Shown piece after piece: positions 27,644 through 37,863 of a stretch of DNA of 64,000 nucleotides. The notes beneath the pieces are model-generated. The model searched no databases, was not told the DNA's origin, and worked only from the letters and a program-made list of their open reading frames with translations. The DNA is from Elusimicrobiota bacterium. GTDB lineage: Bacteria; Elusimicrobiota; Endomicrobiia; Endomicrobiales; JBDRNC01. The stretch spans positions 32,001 through 96,000 of the forward strand of contig JBDRNC010000012.1 of NCBI GenBank assembly GCA_043811535.1, in the 5' to 3' direction. The position numbers and the translations under genes were made by a program. The first letter of the stretch is position 1. The number at the start of each line of letters is the position of its first letter.

Positions 27644-28537
27644 CTACAAGACCTGGCGGCGGAGCTTGTCCTTGAGCGAAACGTTTTCGTAGGCAAGTAT
27701 TTCCTTCAAATAATATATCTGCCTTGATATCGCTTCCGTGTACAAGTCCTGACTGATCTTGTACCTTGCTTTGAAATGCGGCAATGTAAATTTGTGCACG
27801 TCTTTCAAGGTTTTCTTCAGCCGTATCTTGGTGCTTTCATAAAAAACGATCGTTTTTTTCAGAAGGTCGATTTCCGATTTATAGCCCTGCACGTGGCCCT
27901 CTTTGAATTCCCTGTAAAGGTACAGCAGCCTCTCAAGATAGGTGCGCGAAGCCATCTGTCCGAGTATGTCCGCGGTACCCAGCATGTAGCCGAGGATCTC
28001 TTCAGTTTTATCCTGGAATTTCAATTCTTTCAGGTTTACCGAAAGCCCCGTGCAGTGCACCATATTCATCGCTGTTATGAAGTCCTTGCGCGTAAAACCA
28101 TGCGACTTGAAGTATCTCTGAATAAATTCTATGCTTCTTTCGACGTGATTCAGGGTGTATTTCGCGCCGGTCCCTTCCCTGTCCGTTATTTTCTGGATGT
28201 ATCCGGTATCGTGGAATATGGTAGCTATAAGCGCGACTTTGACTTTTTGTGTCGTGAACTTGTTCCTGTTCGTCAGGTTGTATCCGTCGATAAGGCGCGA
28301 TATCGCGAGAAGGGCGTCGGTGGTATGTATCTTGTCGTGGTATTTCGTGTTACAGGCTCTGTATCCCGGGAATTTCCCTTCAAAAAGAAGGTTAAAATCG
28401 TAAAAGGCCTTTCTGACGGGCTCGAAATCCCTGAAAGTATAGAACTGGATAAAATTGTATTTTACTTCTTCAAAAACCGCTGTCGTGCTGTCGGTATTAA
28501 CCAAATGCGCGATTTGAATCCCCATCTTTTTTTTCAT
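27644..28537 (-). CDS. HD-superfamily metal-dependent phosphohydrolase
   Basis: YHD..HT, FHDTGY, HVERS, TADILGQM. Confidence 0.8.
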   Translation of the reverse strand: MKKKMGIQIAHLVNTDSTTAVFEEVKYNFIQFYTFRDFEPVRKAFYDFNLLFEGKFPGYRACNTKYHDKIHTTDALLAISRLIDGYNLTNRNKFTTQKVKVALIATIFHDTGYIQKITDREGTGAKYTLNHVERSIEFIQRYFKSHGFTRKDFITAMNMVHCTGLSVNLKELKFQDKTEEILGYMLGTADILGQMASRTYLERLLYLYREFKEGHVQGYKSEIDLLKKTIVFYESTKIRLKKTLKDVHKFTLPHFKARYKISQDLYTEAISRQIYYLKEILAYENVSLKDKLRRQVL

Positions 28538-28618
28538 TTTGCTTCCCCGTTTATCAAATTATGACTTAGAGGCGTGTTAATATTATAATTAATAAATCAA
28601 CAATTTTCAAGAAATAAA

Positions 28619-30667
28619 TTATTTAATATCGTTTACGAAATAATCCGTGACGGCGATAGCAGACCTGTAATAACGCACCCGCTTTTTCATCTGCGCCGTC
28701 TCCTGCGCAGGTATTATCATCCTTTGGGCCGTTTTATCCCACCCGTAATACGCCACGATGTCTTTTGCCAGCGAGCAGCTCGCGGCGCCTTCCTTTGAAA
28801 AGATATATCCTTCGGAAATAAAGGACTCGTGATTCGCTTTAGGGTCGAAGAGGTCAACTCCCACCGAGACATATTCGCTTTTTGAAAGGGCAAGATTGAA
28901 CAGCGTAGGCATTATATCTATGTGCGAGCCGAATACGGACGTGTCGGCGCGCGCGGGTTTCAGCGCGCCGGGCGCATAGACGTAGAAAGGCACGGAAAAC
29001 CTGTCAAAAAGCCGTTCCGTTCCATAGTCAAAAACATCCCAGAAATTATGGTCTCCCGTGACCGCGATTATTGTGTTTTTTCCGAACTCGGATTTCTTTA
29101 TCTTCGTTATCAGCTCGCCGAGTTTCTGATTGGCGTACTGGTAGGTGGCAAACCTTTTCATGGCAAGCTTCCTGTCGCCCGTTATGCGACGCTCAAGCTC
29201 TTGTGCGGCCTTGAGCGGAAGGACCTTATAATCCCTGGGAACCGAATAGGGTGGATGATTGCCCGTGGACATCGCCATAATAAATTTCGGTTTTCCGTTT
29301 TTTCTTGATAATTGTTCATAGATGTAATCGAATAAATATTCGTCGTAGACGCCCCATTCGTTCTTGAGCGCTTCTTTAGACATCGCGCCTTCTCCGGCAA
29401 CAGTTTCAAAACCCTGCACAGGGAGGAACATTATCAGGTTGCGCCAGCCCAGGTTGCCGCCGTATACAAAAACCGTCGAATAACCAGCTTTATTGAACGG
29501 GAGCGCGGCGCTCGACGGGAATGCCTTGAAGGCGTATCTTGACTGGCTGATGAATTTCGACTGCGGCCTTTTCGGTATGTTGAGAAATATGGATTCCAGG
29601 CTCCCTATCGTGCCGATATCGGCGGGAAGGAAGTTGTAGAAGACATAATCAGAGTCAAAATGCTTCTTGAGCTCGCCGAGAACATTGAAATCAGGCCCGT
29701 TGTAGCTCAAAAGATCGGCGCCGAATCCTTCCATGACAATAAGTATAACGTTGGGCCTTATTCTTTCGGCGGCCTCGTTGCGAGCGGTCGTTTTCCTGAG
29801 ATTGGACGATAGGTCATTTTTGTTTACGCCTTTCCCGAGAAAATCGGCGAATGCCTGCTCTGGGCGCCCTTCATAACCCGCCATCTTCACAAGGTCGAGA
29901 TTTCCCTTTGACTCCGCCCATCTTGCCTCAACCGCTTCTCCGAGCGTAAAGAAACCGTTCAGTGACAGCTTGTTTATGAATGCATTCGGGGATATCGCGG
30001 CATCCATCGTTCCGAGCGGGAACATTTTCAGCGATCCCCGCGCGGCAAGGCCGTTGCAGACAAACAACGCGCAAGCGAAAGCCGCCTTGAACCAGCCGGG
30101 GCGCTTCCTGTGCTGTATAGCGTCGGTTTTTCTTTTCCTTATTGAACTTCCGAATCTCCTGCAAATCACAAAGATAAGGTATTCCGTGCCAGCAATAATA
30201 ACGCAGGCAACGGGGAACGCGCCGTTTTTTGCGATCGTCTTCAAAAGAGCGAACGTATCGTCTTCAATAACTCCGAATATGATGATATTGATATGGTTTT
30301 TAAAGTATGAGTAGAATCCGAAATCAACGAAAAGAATAAAGAACACGAAGGAATACATTATAAAATAATACAACCTGAGCCCGTTTATCCACTTCATGAA
30401 GATTTTTCTGCTGTCCAACGCCCAGACCGCGAAAAGCGACAACGTAACAAATATATTCAAGTAAGCCACTATCACCAGGTCATATCTGGCTCCGAGCACA
30501 AACGCTTTAATGACATATCCGTATAAACCTTTTAACTCAACCGGATTCGAGAAATAAAAATAAAACACCACCCTTAACGCGGTCATTAAAATCAGAAAAA
30601 TGCCATTGAGGACCAGCGCCTTCTTCACGGTTTCAAGTATTTGATTGAAATTCAGTCTTTCGTGCAT
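28619..30667 (-). CDS. LTA synthase / alkaline-phosphatase-superfamily membrane sulfatase-like protein
   Basis: About five N-terminal TM helices; PNVILIVMEG, WGVYDE, NHPPY, TGDH, SHIDIMPT. Confidence 0.88.
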   Translation of the reverse strand: MHERLNFNQILETVKKALVLNGIFLILMTALRVVFYFYFSNPVELKGLYGYVIKAFVLGARYDLVIVAYLNIFVTLSLFAVWALDSRKIFMKWINGLRLYYFIMYSFVFFILFVDFGFYSYFKNHINIIIFGVIEDDTFALLKTIAKNGAFPVACVIIAGTEYLIFVICRRFGSSIRKRKTDAIQHRKRPGWFKAAFACALFVCNGLAARGSLKMFPLGTMDAAISPNAFINKLSLNGFFTLGEAVEARWAESKGNLDLVKMAGYEGRPEQAFADFLGKGVNKNDLSSNLRKTTARNEAAERIRPNVILIVMEGFGADLLSYNGPDFNVLGELKKHFDSDYVFYNFLPADIGTIGSLESIFLNIPKRPQSKFISQSRYAFKAFPSSAALPFNKAGYSTVFVYGGNLGWRNLIMFLPVQGFETVAGEGAMSKEALKNEWGVYDEYLFDYIYEQLSRKNGKPKFIMAMSTGNHPPYSVPRDYKVLPLKAAQELERRITGDRKLAMKRFATYQYANQKLGELITKIKKSEFGKNTIIAVTGDHNFWDVFDYGTERLFDRFSVPFYVYAPGALKPARADTSVFGSHIDIMPTLFNLALSKSEYVSVGVDLFDPKANHESFISEGYIFSKEGAASCSLAKDIVAYYGWDKTAQRMIIPAQETAQMKKRVRYYRSAIAVTDYFVNDIK

Positions 30668-30748
30668 AAATGTTTAATGACATCAATTGCCCAATGGCTA
30701 AACGGCTAAATGGTTAAAAAGTCTTAAGCCATTTAGCAATTTAACAAT

Positions 30749-31009
30749 TTAGCCATTTGTATTTCTTCTATTTCTATAATAAATGATAATATCCGCCAAA
30801 ACCATGAACCCGTTCATGACATACAGGTAAATTACATTGTCCCGGCTGTAAAACAGCTTATGAACGAAACCCGAAGCGTATCCTGCAAGTAATATATAGA
30901 GGAATATCACGCTTTTGCCCGCGTTCTTGCGTGATTTGTAGGATTTATATATCGAGAAAGGCCATGCCGCGCCGAAGCATAACAGCATTACTGCTTCAAA
31001 GATGCTCAT
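30749..31009 (-). CDS. Small three-TM membrane protein (PQ-loop-like)
   Basis: FEAVMLLCFGAAWPFSIYKS...GKS..FL. Confidence 0.7.
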   Translation of the reverse strand: MSIFEAVMLLCFGAAWPFSIYKSYKSRKNAGKSVIFLYILLAGYASGFVHKLFYSRDNVIYLYVMNGFMVLADIIIYYRNRRNTNG

Positions 31010-31048
31010 AGATAGTGAATAGAGAATAGGAACAACATGACTACTTTC

Positions 31049-31603
31049 TCAATGGTCCTTCAATCTATTTATCAATTTATCTACCGTGGCATGGAGTTTC
31101 CTAAGGTTGCTAGTAGAGTTATTCAATTTCAGGTCGGCCATTTTTTTACAGAGGCCCAGTTGCTGGCCAGCGCCTTTTGTCTGGGATTCTTTTCTCTCAA
31201 GGGCCAAAAATTCCTTATACGTCCCCGGATCATTCTCTCTTTTTCTGGCAAGCATCCTCATAAACCTGATCTTAGCCGGCGCGTCGACGAAAATAAACCT
31301 GAAATCACCGTTTTTCCTGAGCGCTTTTACCTCATCGGAGTGCCTGATCGAAGTGACCACAAAGTTTTTCCCTTTTTTAAGCTTCCTGAGCACCCTTTCC
31401 GCCAGCACAGCATAGCCGTATTTCGTCCTGAGCGCTATTCCTGTTTTTACAAGGTTATCGCGCGTAACAGCCTTCCCGCGCCTTCTTATATCATCCCTTA
31501 TGACATCCGAAAGGGAATGATGTATGAAATTCTTTTCTTTTTGCAGATATTCCGCTACCGTATCCTTCCCGGAACAGAATGAACCCGTAAGCCCGATTAT
31601 CAT
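31049..31603 (-). CDS. P-loop nucleotide kinase (dephospho-CoA-kinase-like)
   Basis: IIGLTGSFCSGKDT, SLSD.IR, SIRH..E. Confidence 0.8.
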   Translation of the reverse strand: MIIGLTGSFCSGKDTVAEYLQKEKNFIHHSLSDVIRDDIRRRGKAVTRDNLVKTGIALRTKYGYAVLAERVLRKLKKGKNFVVTSIRHSDEVKALRKNGDFRFIFVDAPAKIRFMRMLARKRENDPGTYKEFLALERKESQTKGAGQQLGLCKKMADLKLNNSTSNLRKLHATVDKLINRLKDH

Positions 31604-31757
31604 AAAATCCTTTCAAAAACTGTCTATTTTACAATGTATTTTACTTTTTTATTCTTGATAAAACAATAGCAGGATAAACAACGGCAATGGTTAAATGGCT
31701 GAACGGCTAAATGGTTTAATGTTTTAGCCATTCATCAATTTAGCCATTTGGCAATAT

Positions 31758-31793
31758 AAAAACAAACCCCTTCTGATTTGAGCCAGAAAGGGG
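31758..31793 (-). terminator. Intrinsic terminator ending the glycan-utilisation operon
   Basis: CCCCTTTCTGG-ctcaa-ATCAGAAGGGG-TTTGTTTTT. Confidence 0.7.
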
Positions 31794-31817
31794 ACATTGA
31801 AATAGACTGCGGTAATA

Positions 31818-34562
31818 CTATTTTTGCATAGATATCTCTATTTCCGCTGGTAATCTATCAATCGTGATTTCGCCGTTTTTTACAGGAGCCGTTTTTCTAC
31901 CGCTTTTTGCTTCAACAGCCCTCTTCAGCGCCGGAAGCTTGAGTTTCATGCCGTCCGGGCATTTAATATCCCCCCACGCCTTGAATTTTACTGTGTTGCC
32001 GGCCTTTTGAATCGTGTAATTCAATTTCCCGAAGTAGGTCGGCAGATTCTCTACGGAAACGCCTTCCGGCGAATTTAGCCACTCGTCCCTGATACCCGCC
32101 CCCATAACCAAAGTTCCGCCTTTTTCATACGCGAACATGTTCCTTGCAGTATTTATGTATATGGCGCTGATCCACGTGTGCGGCAGGTCGCCGAGATAGA
32201 CATTCTCCCTCATGTCCTTAGTCACTGCTTCCGCCCAGACCTTCCACTCCAATGGCCTCATCACTGACAAGTAAAAATCGAGCATCTCGTTGGTTTTATC
32301 CGGGTGACCGAGCATCAGGTACGCGTTGGCTATCCTCATCTCGTATGGCGTAAAATTGTATCTTATCTCCCGTTTCCTGTCGGGCAGAAAAACGTTTTTG
32401 TACCAGCTGTCAAGCAGCGGCAGTATTTCGGAGGATATTTCCTCGGTCGGCCAGACCGACACGGAATTACCGCAAGCGTCCTGATGCCCTTCAGCGCTTG
32501 AAGGGATAAACGGCACGTTCATTTCTTTTCGAGTCATCCGTATCGACTCGGCCAGAGAAGCCCTTAAATCCGTTTCCAGCCTGTTCATCCAGCTGATTCT
32601 ATTTTGTTCGCCGATCTCTTTCGCGATATAGACGGCGTCCTTGATACCCTTCAGCGCCCACCAGTCGTCAAAATAACTGTGCGCTCCCGGGTCGGGGAAA
32701 CCCTCGTGGCTTATAGACGTGGGCAGAATGCCGTAAAATCTTGTACCCCGGTATGCCGCTGTTGTCCTCTGATTTCTGAGAGATTCTATGAACTCCACGG
32801 CTTTGATGAGCGACGGGAATATCTGCTTCATGTATTCTTTGTCTTTTGTGAACCTGTAATATTCGGCGGCGGTAAAAAGGAACTCTCCCTGGTTGTCGTA
32901 CTCTCTTTCTCCGCGCGGTTTGCCGTCTAATTCCATTATCGGAGGTATTTCGCCGCTTTTTCTCTGCATCGACACAAGCCAGCCGATATATCTCTTTACC
33001 ATCTCAAAATGGCCGCATCTCAGCATCGCCGCCGCCATTATCGAGCCGTCCCGCATCCATGATCTTTCGTAATTCCTCGGGCCGCCCATGAACGCGCGCT
33101 CGTCATAATTCAATATTATGTATGCCTGGTTCGCGCGGAACGCGTCGCTGAACAGCTTATCAGGCGCTGAAATCCCGGCTTTATTCAATATTTCCCGCCA
33201 TTCGCGTTTTCCATCTTCAAATAATTGAGGGATGCTCTCATTGACACCCGGGCCGTTTATCCCTTCCCCATCGTCATCAGGTATGATGAGTGAATATTCG
33301 GCCGACCCTCCCGCCGGAAGGTCAAAAACATATACCGCGGCGCACGAGACGAAACCCCTGTCATCCGATGCCTCAGTAGCTTGAGGAAGCATGCCGTTTT
33401 TCAGGTCCTCTATTATTTCGCCTTTACTATAATCGGATGCTCCGAAACCGTCAGGTTCAACCGTAAAAAACAGCCGGGGCTTTCCGTTTATGATAACCGT
33501 ATTGCCGGATTTGCCTGCTGAATAGACCTTGCCGAAACCGCCGAACATCCACGGGGGATTAAGCTGAAAAGACCTTACAGCGATGTAAAATTTCCCGCCA
33601 GCCCTATCTTGTGAAATATTTTTCACGCTGAAAAGTACGCAAGTCCCCGCCTTGCCCGCCCGCTCAAAGGAAAACACATTTTCCGTCAACTCGACCGGAC
33701 TGCCGCCCCATTGCACCGAAGGGATAGGCATGTATCCTTCTTCCAACCGCCTTGACAGCGCAGCATCGCGTGAAGTTATCAGCCTGTTGTTCATATACAG
33801 GTAGGGCATCAAAACAAAAGCGCCGGAAGGATCTATCGTTCCGTCTTCGGAAACGAGCGTCTCGTTTTTTCCGTTTAAACTGCCCGTGGTGGCCCAGTAT
33901 GACTGCTTTTTATTCAACCAGCCGGGATAATACCCCGCAGGCGAGATTCCGGCCGAAAGGTAGTAATATGCTGAAGGGCTCATATCCGACTTTGAGTATT
34001 TTACCTGCTCCGGCCTCGCATATTCCGCGATCGGGACCGCCTTTGCCGGCGTCGAATAGATCTCGCATTCAAATATCGAATAGCCCCATATCGTTCCCCT
34101 TGAGACCCCGTATATCCTGACATATCTGGCAGACACAGGCCTGAAGGTTATCTCATGCCTTCCTTCCGTTTTTTTGACCGCGTTATAAAGCACAAACCAA
34201 TTTTTGCCGTCAACCGACGCCTGTATCTGATATGTCTCCCCAAACGCCGCCTCCCAATGAATCACAACCCGGTCTATGACTTCTTCCTTTTCAAGCGTGA
34301 ACTCAATCCACTCGGAATCGGTAGGCTGGCTGCTCCATCTCGTGTTAAGGTCCCCGTCAACCGCTTTCATGACCTCGTTCCTGTCTTTCGGCGTGGAAGC
34401 CACGGCGTCGATGATGCGGGCCTTCCGCCCCCGCGCGCCGCCATCCAGGGCGTATAAATAATTATCGGCAGATAATAGTCTATCTGCCGAAATTATAACA
34501 AGAACTAAAAACAGCGCTGATATACACCTCAAAATCAAAAACTCCCTATCTGTATATTTCAA
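31818..34562 (-). CDS. Discoidin (F5/8C) domain plus (alpha/alpha)6-barrel glycoside hydrolase-like protein
   Basis: F5/8C motif; GPRNYERSWMRDG, EYDNQGEF, SISHEG, SYFDDWW, GDLPHTW. Confidence 0.75.
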   Translation of the reverse strand: MKYTDREFLILRCISALFLVLVIISADRLLSADNYLYALDGGARGRKARIIDAVASTPKDRNEVMKAVDGDLNTRWSSQPTDSEWIEFTLEKEEVIDRVVIHWEAAFGETYQIQASVDGKNWFVLYNAVKKTEGRHEITFRPVSARYVRIYGVSRGTIWGYSIFECEIYSTPAKAVPIAEYARPEQVKYSKSDMSPSAYYYLSAGISPAGYYPGWLNKKQSYWATTGSLNGKNETLVSEDGTIDPSGAFVLMPYLYMNNRLITSRDAALSRRLEEGYMPIPSVQWGGSPVELTENVFSFERAGKAGTCVLFSVKNISQDRAGGKFYIAVRSFQLNPPWMFGGFGKVYSAGKSGNTVIINGKPRLFFTVEPDGFGASDYSKGEIIEDLKNGMLPQATEASDDRGFVSCAAVYVFDLPAGGSAEYSLIIPDDDGEGINGPGVNESIPQLFEDGKREWREILNKAGISAPDKLFSDAFRANQAYIILNYDERAFMGGPRNYERSWMRDGSIMAAAMLRCGHFEMVKRYIGWLVSMQRKSGEIPPIMELDGKPRGEREYDNQGEFLFTAAEYYRFTKDKEYMKQIFPSLIKAVEFIESLRNQRTTAAYRGTRFYGILPTSISHEGFPDPGAHSYFDDWWALKGIKDAVYIAKEIGEQNRISWMNRLETDLRASLAESIRMTRKEMNVPFIPSSAEGHQDACGNSVSVWPTEEISSEILPLLDSWYKNVFLPDRKREIRYNFTPYEMRIANAYLMLGHPDKTNEMLDFYLSVMRPLEWKVWAEAVTKDMRENVYLGDLPHTWISAIYINTARNMFAYEKGGTLVMGAGIRDEWLNSPEGVSVENLPTYFGKLNYTIQKAGNTVKFKAWGDIKCPDGMKLKLPALKRAVEAKSGRKTAPVKNGEITIDRLPAEIEISMQK

Positions 34563-35442
34563 ACTCGAAAATCGAATAGCCCCACTCTCCGTTTCTGGTT
34601 TTGCCGAACATCCTTACGTACTCGGCTTCGGTAGGCGAAAAACTGATGACTCTCTGTTCTTCTTCCTTGCCGTCATTTATTTTTGCGACGGTTTTCCAGT
34701 TCGTTCCGTCCATGGAGGCCTGTATTTCATACTTCCTCGCCGACGCCTTTTCCCAAATTACTTTTACAATCCTGATTTTCTGCGGAGAATCCAGTTTTGC
34801 CTGAAGCCACTGCGGGTCAATGCCTTGTTTCGATTCCCAACGCGTATAGGTATTGCCGTCAACCGCGTCCATCGCCTTCCCCGCATCTCCCTCCGAAGAC
34901 GCGCTTGCCTCAACAATGGAAACCTTGTCCTCGGGAAGCAGCACAACCGGGTTGAGCTCTACTTCCAAAATTGAATAGCCCCAGTCGCCTATGCGCCTAT
35001 TGCAGAATATTCCAAGATATCTTGTTGTTACCGGAGCGAACCTGATGCTCCTTTCCTCGCCTTCGGCTCCGTCAAATACAGCGCTTACCGTCTGCCAGTT
35101 CTTGCCGTCTTCGGAAACCTTTATCTCGTATTCGGACGCGCAGGCCTTTTCCCATAGTATCTTCATCGACTCCAGCAGCTTGCCCGGCTTAAGCTTGCAC
35201 ATCAGCCATGTATTGTCAATACCGTGCACGGATTCCCATCTTGACAATTTATCGTTGTCAAAAGCTTTTATCGCTATGTTGTCGCTTCTTTCCGAAGAAG
35301 CCTTTGCCGATTCTATATCCTTGTACGTAGCCCTTTTTACGTCGCTGCTGTCGTTCACGGTAAACAGGGCGCAGCCGCCGAACATGAACGAAATGAACAG
35401 AAGCATCAGACTGTGGCCGACAATCCTACTCCAGCACGACAT
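34546..35442 (-). CDS. Lipoprotein with two discoidin/CBM32-like domains
   Basis: AAGGAGG RBS before ATG 35442; lipobox-like FGGC; two repeats of AFD/AVDG..RWES...WEKA...WGYSI.E. Confidence 0.82.
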   Translation of the reverse strand: MSCWSRIVGHSLMLLFISFMFGGCALFTVNDSSDVKRATYKDIESAKASSERSDNIAIKAFDNDKLSRWESVHGIDNTWLMCKLKPGKLLESMKILWEKACASEYEIKVSEDGKNWQTVSAVFDGAEGEERSIRFAPVTTRYLGIFCNRRIGDWGYSILEVELNPVVLLPEDKVSIVEASASSEGDAGKAMDAVDGNTYTRWESKQGIDPQWLQAKLDSPQKIRIVKVIWEKASARKYEIQASMDGTNWKTVAKINDGKEEEQRVISFSPTEAEYVRMFGKTRNGEWGYSIFEFEIYR

Positions 35443-36286
35443 AATCGTCCTCCTTGAAAGAAACCATATTTTCATTTTTTTCACCGTCTTCCGCTGCCTC
35501 AATAATGTGAGCCACCGACAGATTCGGCCCCCTGACTTCCTTTATCATTAGTTTTCCTATGTGTTTTGCGGAAACATCCCCAAGGAATTTACCCGTTTTC
35601 GGATGATACAGCTTTGACGAAGGGCTGTAGACGTTGAAATACTGCCCGGCCTTCACGCCGTTATCGGAACCGGCGTCTATATAGACGTCTTTCCCGCTGA
35701 CTTTTACTATTTCTCCGCGTAAACCGTAAGGCTGGCCGAATATCAATCCGGAGATGCGCGGCATCGCCTGATACATCACTTCTTCGATGGATTTGCCGAG
35801 CACCGTGCCGCGGAACTCAATGCTGTCAAACTGCAGGTTCCATAGGCGTTCCAGCTCCGCCTTATACCGGTCATCTCCGACCGGTCCGCCCAATAATGAA
35901 AGCCCTGTATTCTGCTGGATCCTGCGCCCGATGACACTGAAATTCTTTACTACCGGCCCGCCGCGTTTTCTCAATGTCAGGTTAATTATAACCTTTGCCG
36001 AATAATCCTGGTAGCCGCCGATCCCGTACGAAGCAAGCCCCCTGGAGCCCAGCGTGAAATTGTCTACCGACCCGTCGAGAACATATTCCGGGGTGGATGC
36101 CAGGATTTCATAATGTTCCCGAGGCAGTTTTTCGCGCAGTATCGCGCTCAGCCCGGCTCCTATCTTCCAGTTACCCTTGTATTCGCTGTTATTAACGAAA
36201 TCATTGACCCTTATCGTACATCTTTCCGCTGCGGAGCATAAAACGGCCGCGAAAACGATCTGTATGCAAATAAGAAATCGTCTCAT
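35426..36286 (-). CDS. CsgG/FlgT-like exported protein
   Basis: VNDFVN...IGAGLS, YVLDGSVDNF; C-terminal GEIVKV..VYIDAG..GVK.G..F.VY...HPKTG..LG. Confidence 0.7.
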   Translation of the reverse strand: MRRFLICIQIVFAAVLCSAAERCTIRVNDFVNNSEYKGNWKIGAGLSAILREKLPREHYEILASTPEYVLDGSVDNFTLGSRGLASYGIGGYQDYSAKVIINLTLRKRGGPVVKNFSVIGRRIQQNTGLSLLGGPVGDDRYKAELERLWNLQFDSIEFRGTVLGKSIEEVMYQAMPRISGLIFGQPYGLRGEIVKVSGKDVYIDAGSDNGVKAGQYFNVYSPSSKLYHPKTGKFLGDVSAKHIGKLMIKEVRGPNLSVAHIIEAAEDGEKNENMVSFKEDDYVVLE

Positions 36287-36365
36287 ATTAAATTTTGGCA
36301 TAGGGCTATCGGGAACTTTTATTCAGGTAAACCGCTCTCTTTAAGCCTTCATTTGGGAGCCGTTT

Positions 36366-37859
36366 TTACCATTTGTAAGTGAGTGACAGGCGGTGAGTAT
36401 TGCCGAAGAGCGAATACGGCGCGAGTGCGTAATCAACAGTGATCTTTGCGACATTGAACCCGAATCCGACCCCAAGCCCTCCGAGATCCTGCCCGAAAGC
36501 GTAACCTATCCTGCAAGCAAAAGTGTTGCCGACCCATCCTTCAAAGCCCATGCTCAACTTGAATTTGTTATCTATCGGCGAATCAATATCCATGTCGAAG
36601 GCTATGTTGTATGCGCGCGGAAAAGCCGCTATGCTGGTTTTAACGTTCATGGGCATGGGATCCGTCACGTCCTGTGGCGGCGTCGCGTACCCCATATTCT
36701 GGAACGTAAGGCCCATGACGACGTTGCCCCATGAAGTCGCGAAATCATGCATCGCGCCGAGGTCAACCGCAAGGCCCCATGAAGGCGCGACGTTCGGATG
36801 GAGTCTTTCTCTTATGGTCTTAAAATTCATTCCTATGGGCACGTTAAGCGACGATATCATGAATTCCCGCGCGTAAGAAAGCACCAGAATGGTTTCCTGC
36901 GCCGAGAAACTTTCTTTTTTCTCGTAGAAGGGGGCTATATCGATCTCGTCATACTGGACCATCGCCCCCGAATCAAGCTGTCCAAATGATACCGCAAAAA
37001 TCTTCTTCGGAGCTTTGTCTCCCCAGAACTTGACATCGTCAATATATACCTTCCCGACTCCCGAAAACGTAAACGATACGTTTTCAAGGTTAGCCAGGTC
37101 CACGCCCGGGAAATCCTCCAGCGGAATATCAATTCTGGTCCATCCTGTTGTTATTTTCGAGTATCCTTTTACCGGCACCTTGGTCTCCCCGCCCTTCAAG
37201 TCTCTCAGTCCCACCCTGAAGCTTTCGGAACCGGCCGCTCCCTTGACCATAAAGGACAGGAACATGAACCTGTTCGCGTTTAGATTATTCAGGCCAATCC
37301 ATGCTCCCGCCTGGCCCGGTTTATTGTTAGGCAGCGGGCGCACGTCGTATTTTATCTCAAATGAATATCCCGATGAATTATAGACATTTTCCATGTCGTC
37401 GCCGTAATAGCCTGTCTGTACCGAACTGCTCCCGCCCTCATCGGAGTCGCTCCACGTGCCGAAACCTCCATTGACCATGTTCGGGTCGGATCCGTCATCA
37501 AAATCATCTATGATTATTCTGTCGAATTCATCGGAACCCTGCGACATGGAACCGCTTCTTGTCAGATTCACGCCGTATCCTATCCAGTTATAGGTGATGC
37601 CCTCAAGCCAGTTCAGGCGGCTGAAAGTCAGTTCCCTGTTCTTAATCTTGACCAAACCGGCCGGATTCGTATTGACCGAATATATGTCCCGCGCCACCGA
37701 TGAGGACGCGTTGCCCATCCCCGCGGACCTCGCGGAAGGATTGATCTTGAGGAAGTTCATCCTGGTCGTGCCCGCGCCCCACGCGAACAGGTCGGCGCAC
37801 GCCGCCGCCAGGATTAAGACAACCAGAAACGATAGTTTACTGCTTCTTACCGTTTTCAT
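36366..37859 (-). CDS. PorV/PorQ-like outer-membrane beta-barrel with an inserted CBM11/CIA30-like domain
   Basis: FLKINPSARSAGMG..NPAGL; AVDLG; QNMG; VDYA.....GNTHRLSL..KW; internal IIDDFDDG...YIDDVKF module. Confidence 0.82.
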   Translation of the reverse strand: MKTVRSSKLSFLVVLILAAACADLFAWGAGTTRMNFLKINPSARSAGMGNASSSVARDIYSVNTNPAGLVKIKNRELTFSRLNWLEGITYNWIGYGVNLTRSGSMSQGSDEFDRIIIDDFDDGSDPNMVNGGFGTWSDSDEGGSSSVQTGYYGDDMENVYNSSGYSFEIKYDVRPLPNNKPGQAGAWIGLNNLNANRFMFLSFMVKGAAGSESFRVGLRDLKGGETKVPVKGYSKITTGWTRIDIPLEDFPGVDLANLENVSFTFSGVGKVYIDDVKFWGDKAPKKIFAVSFGQLDSGAMVQYDEIDIAPFYEKKESFSAQETILVLSYAREFMISSLNVPIGMNFKTIRERLHPNVAPSWGLAVDLGAMHDFATSWGNVVMGLTFQNMGYATPPQDVTDPMPMNVKTSIAAFPRAYNIAFDMDIDSPIDNKFKLSMGFEGWVGNTFACRIGYAFGQDLGGLGVGFGFNVAKITVDYALAPYSLFGNTHRLSLTYKW

Positions 37860-37863
37860 ATTC

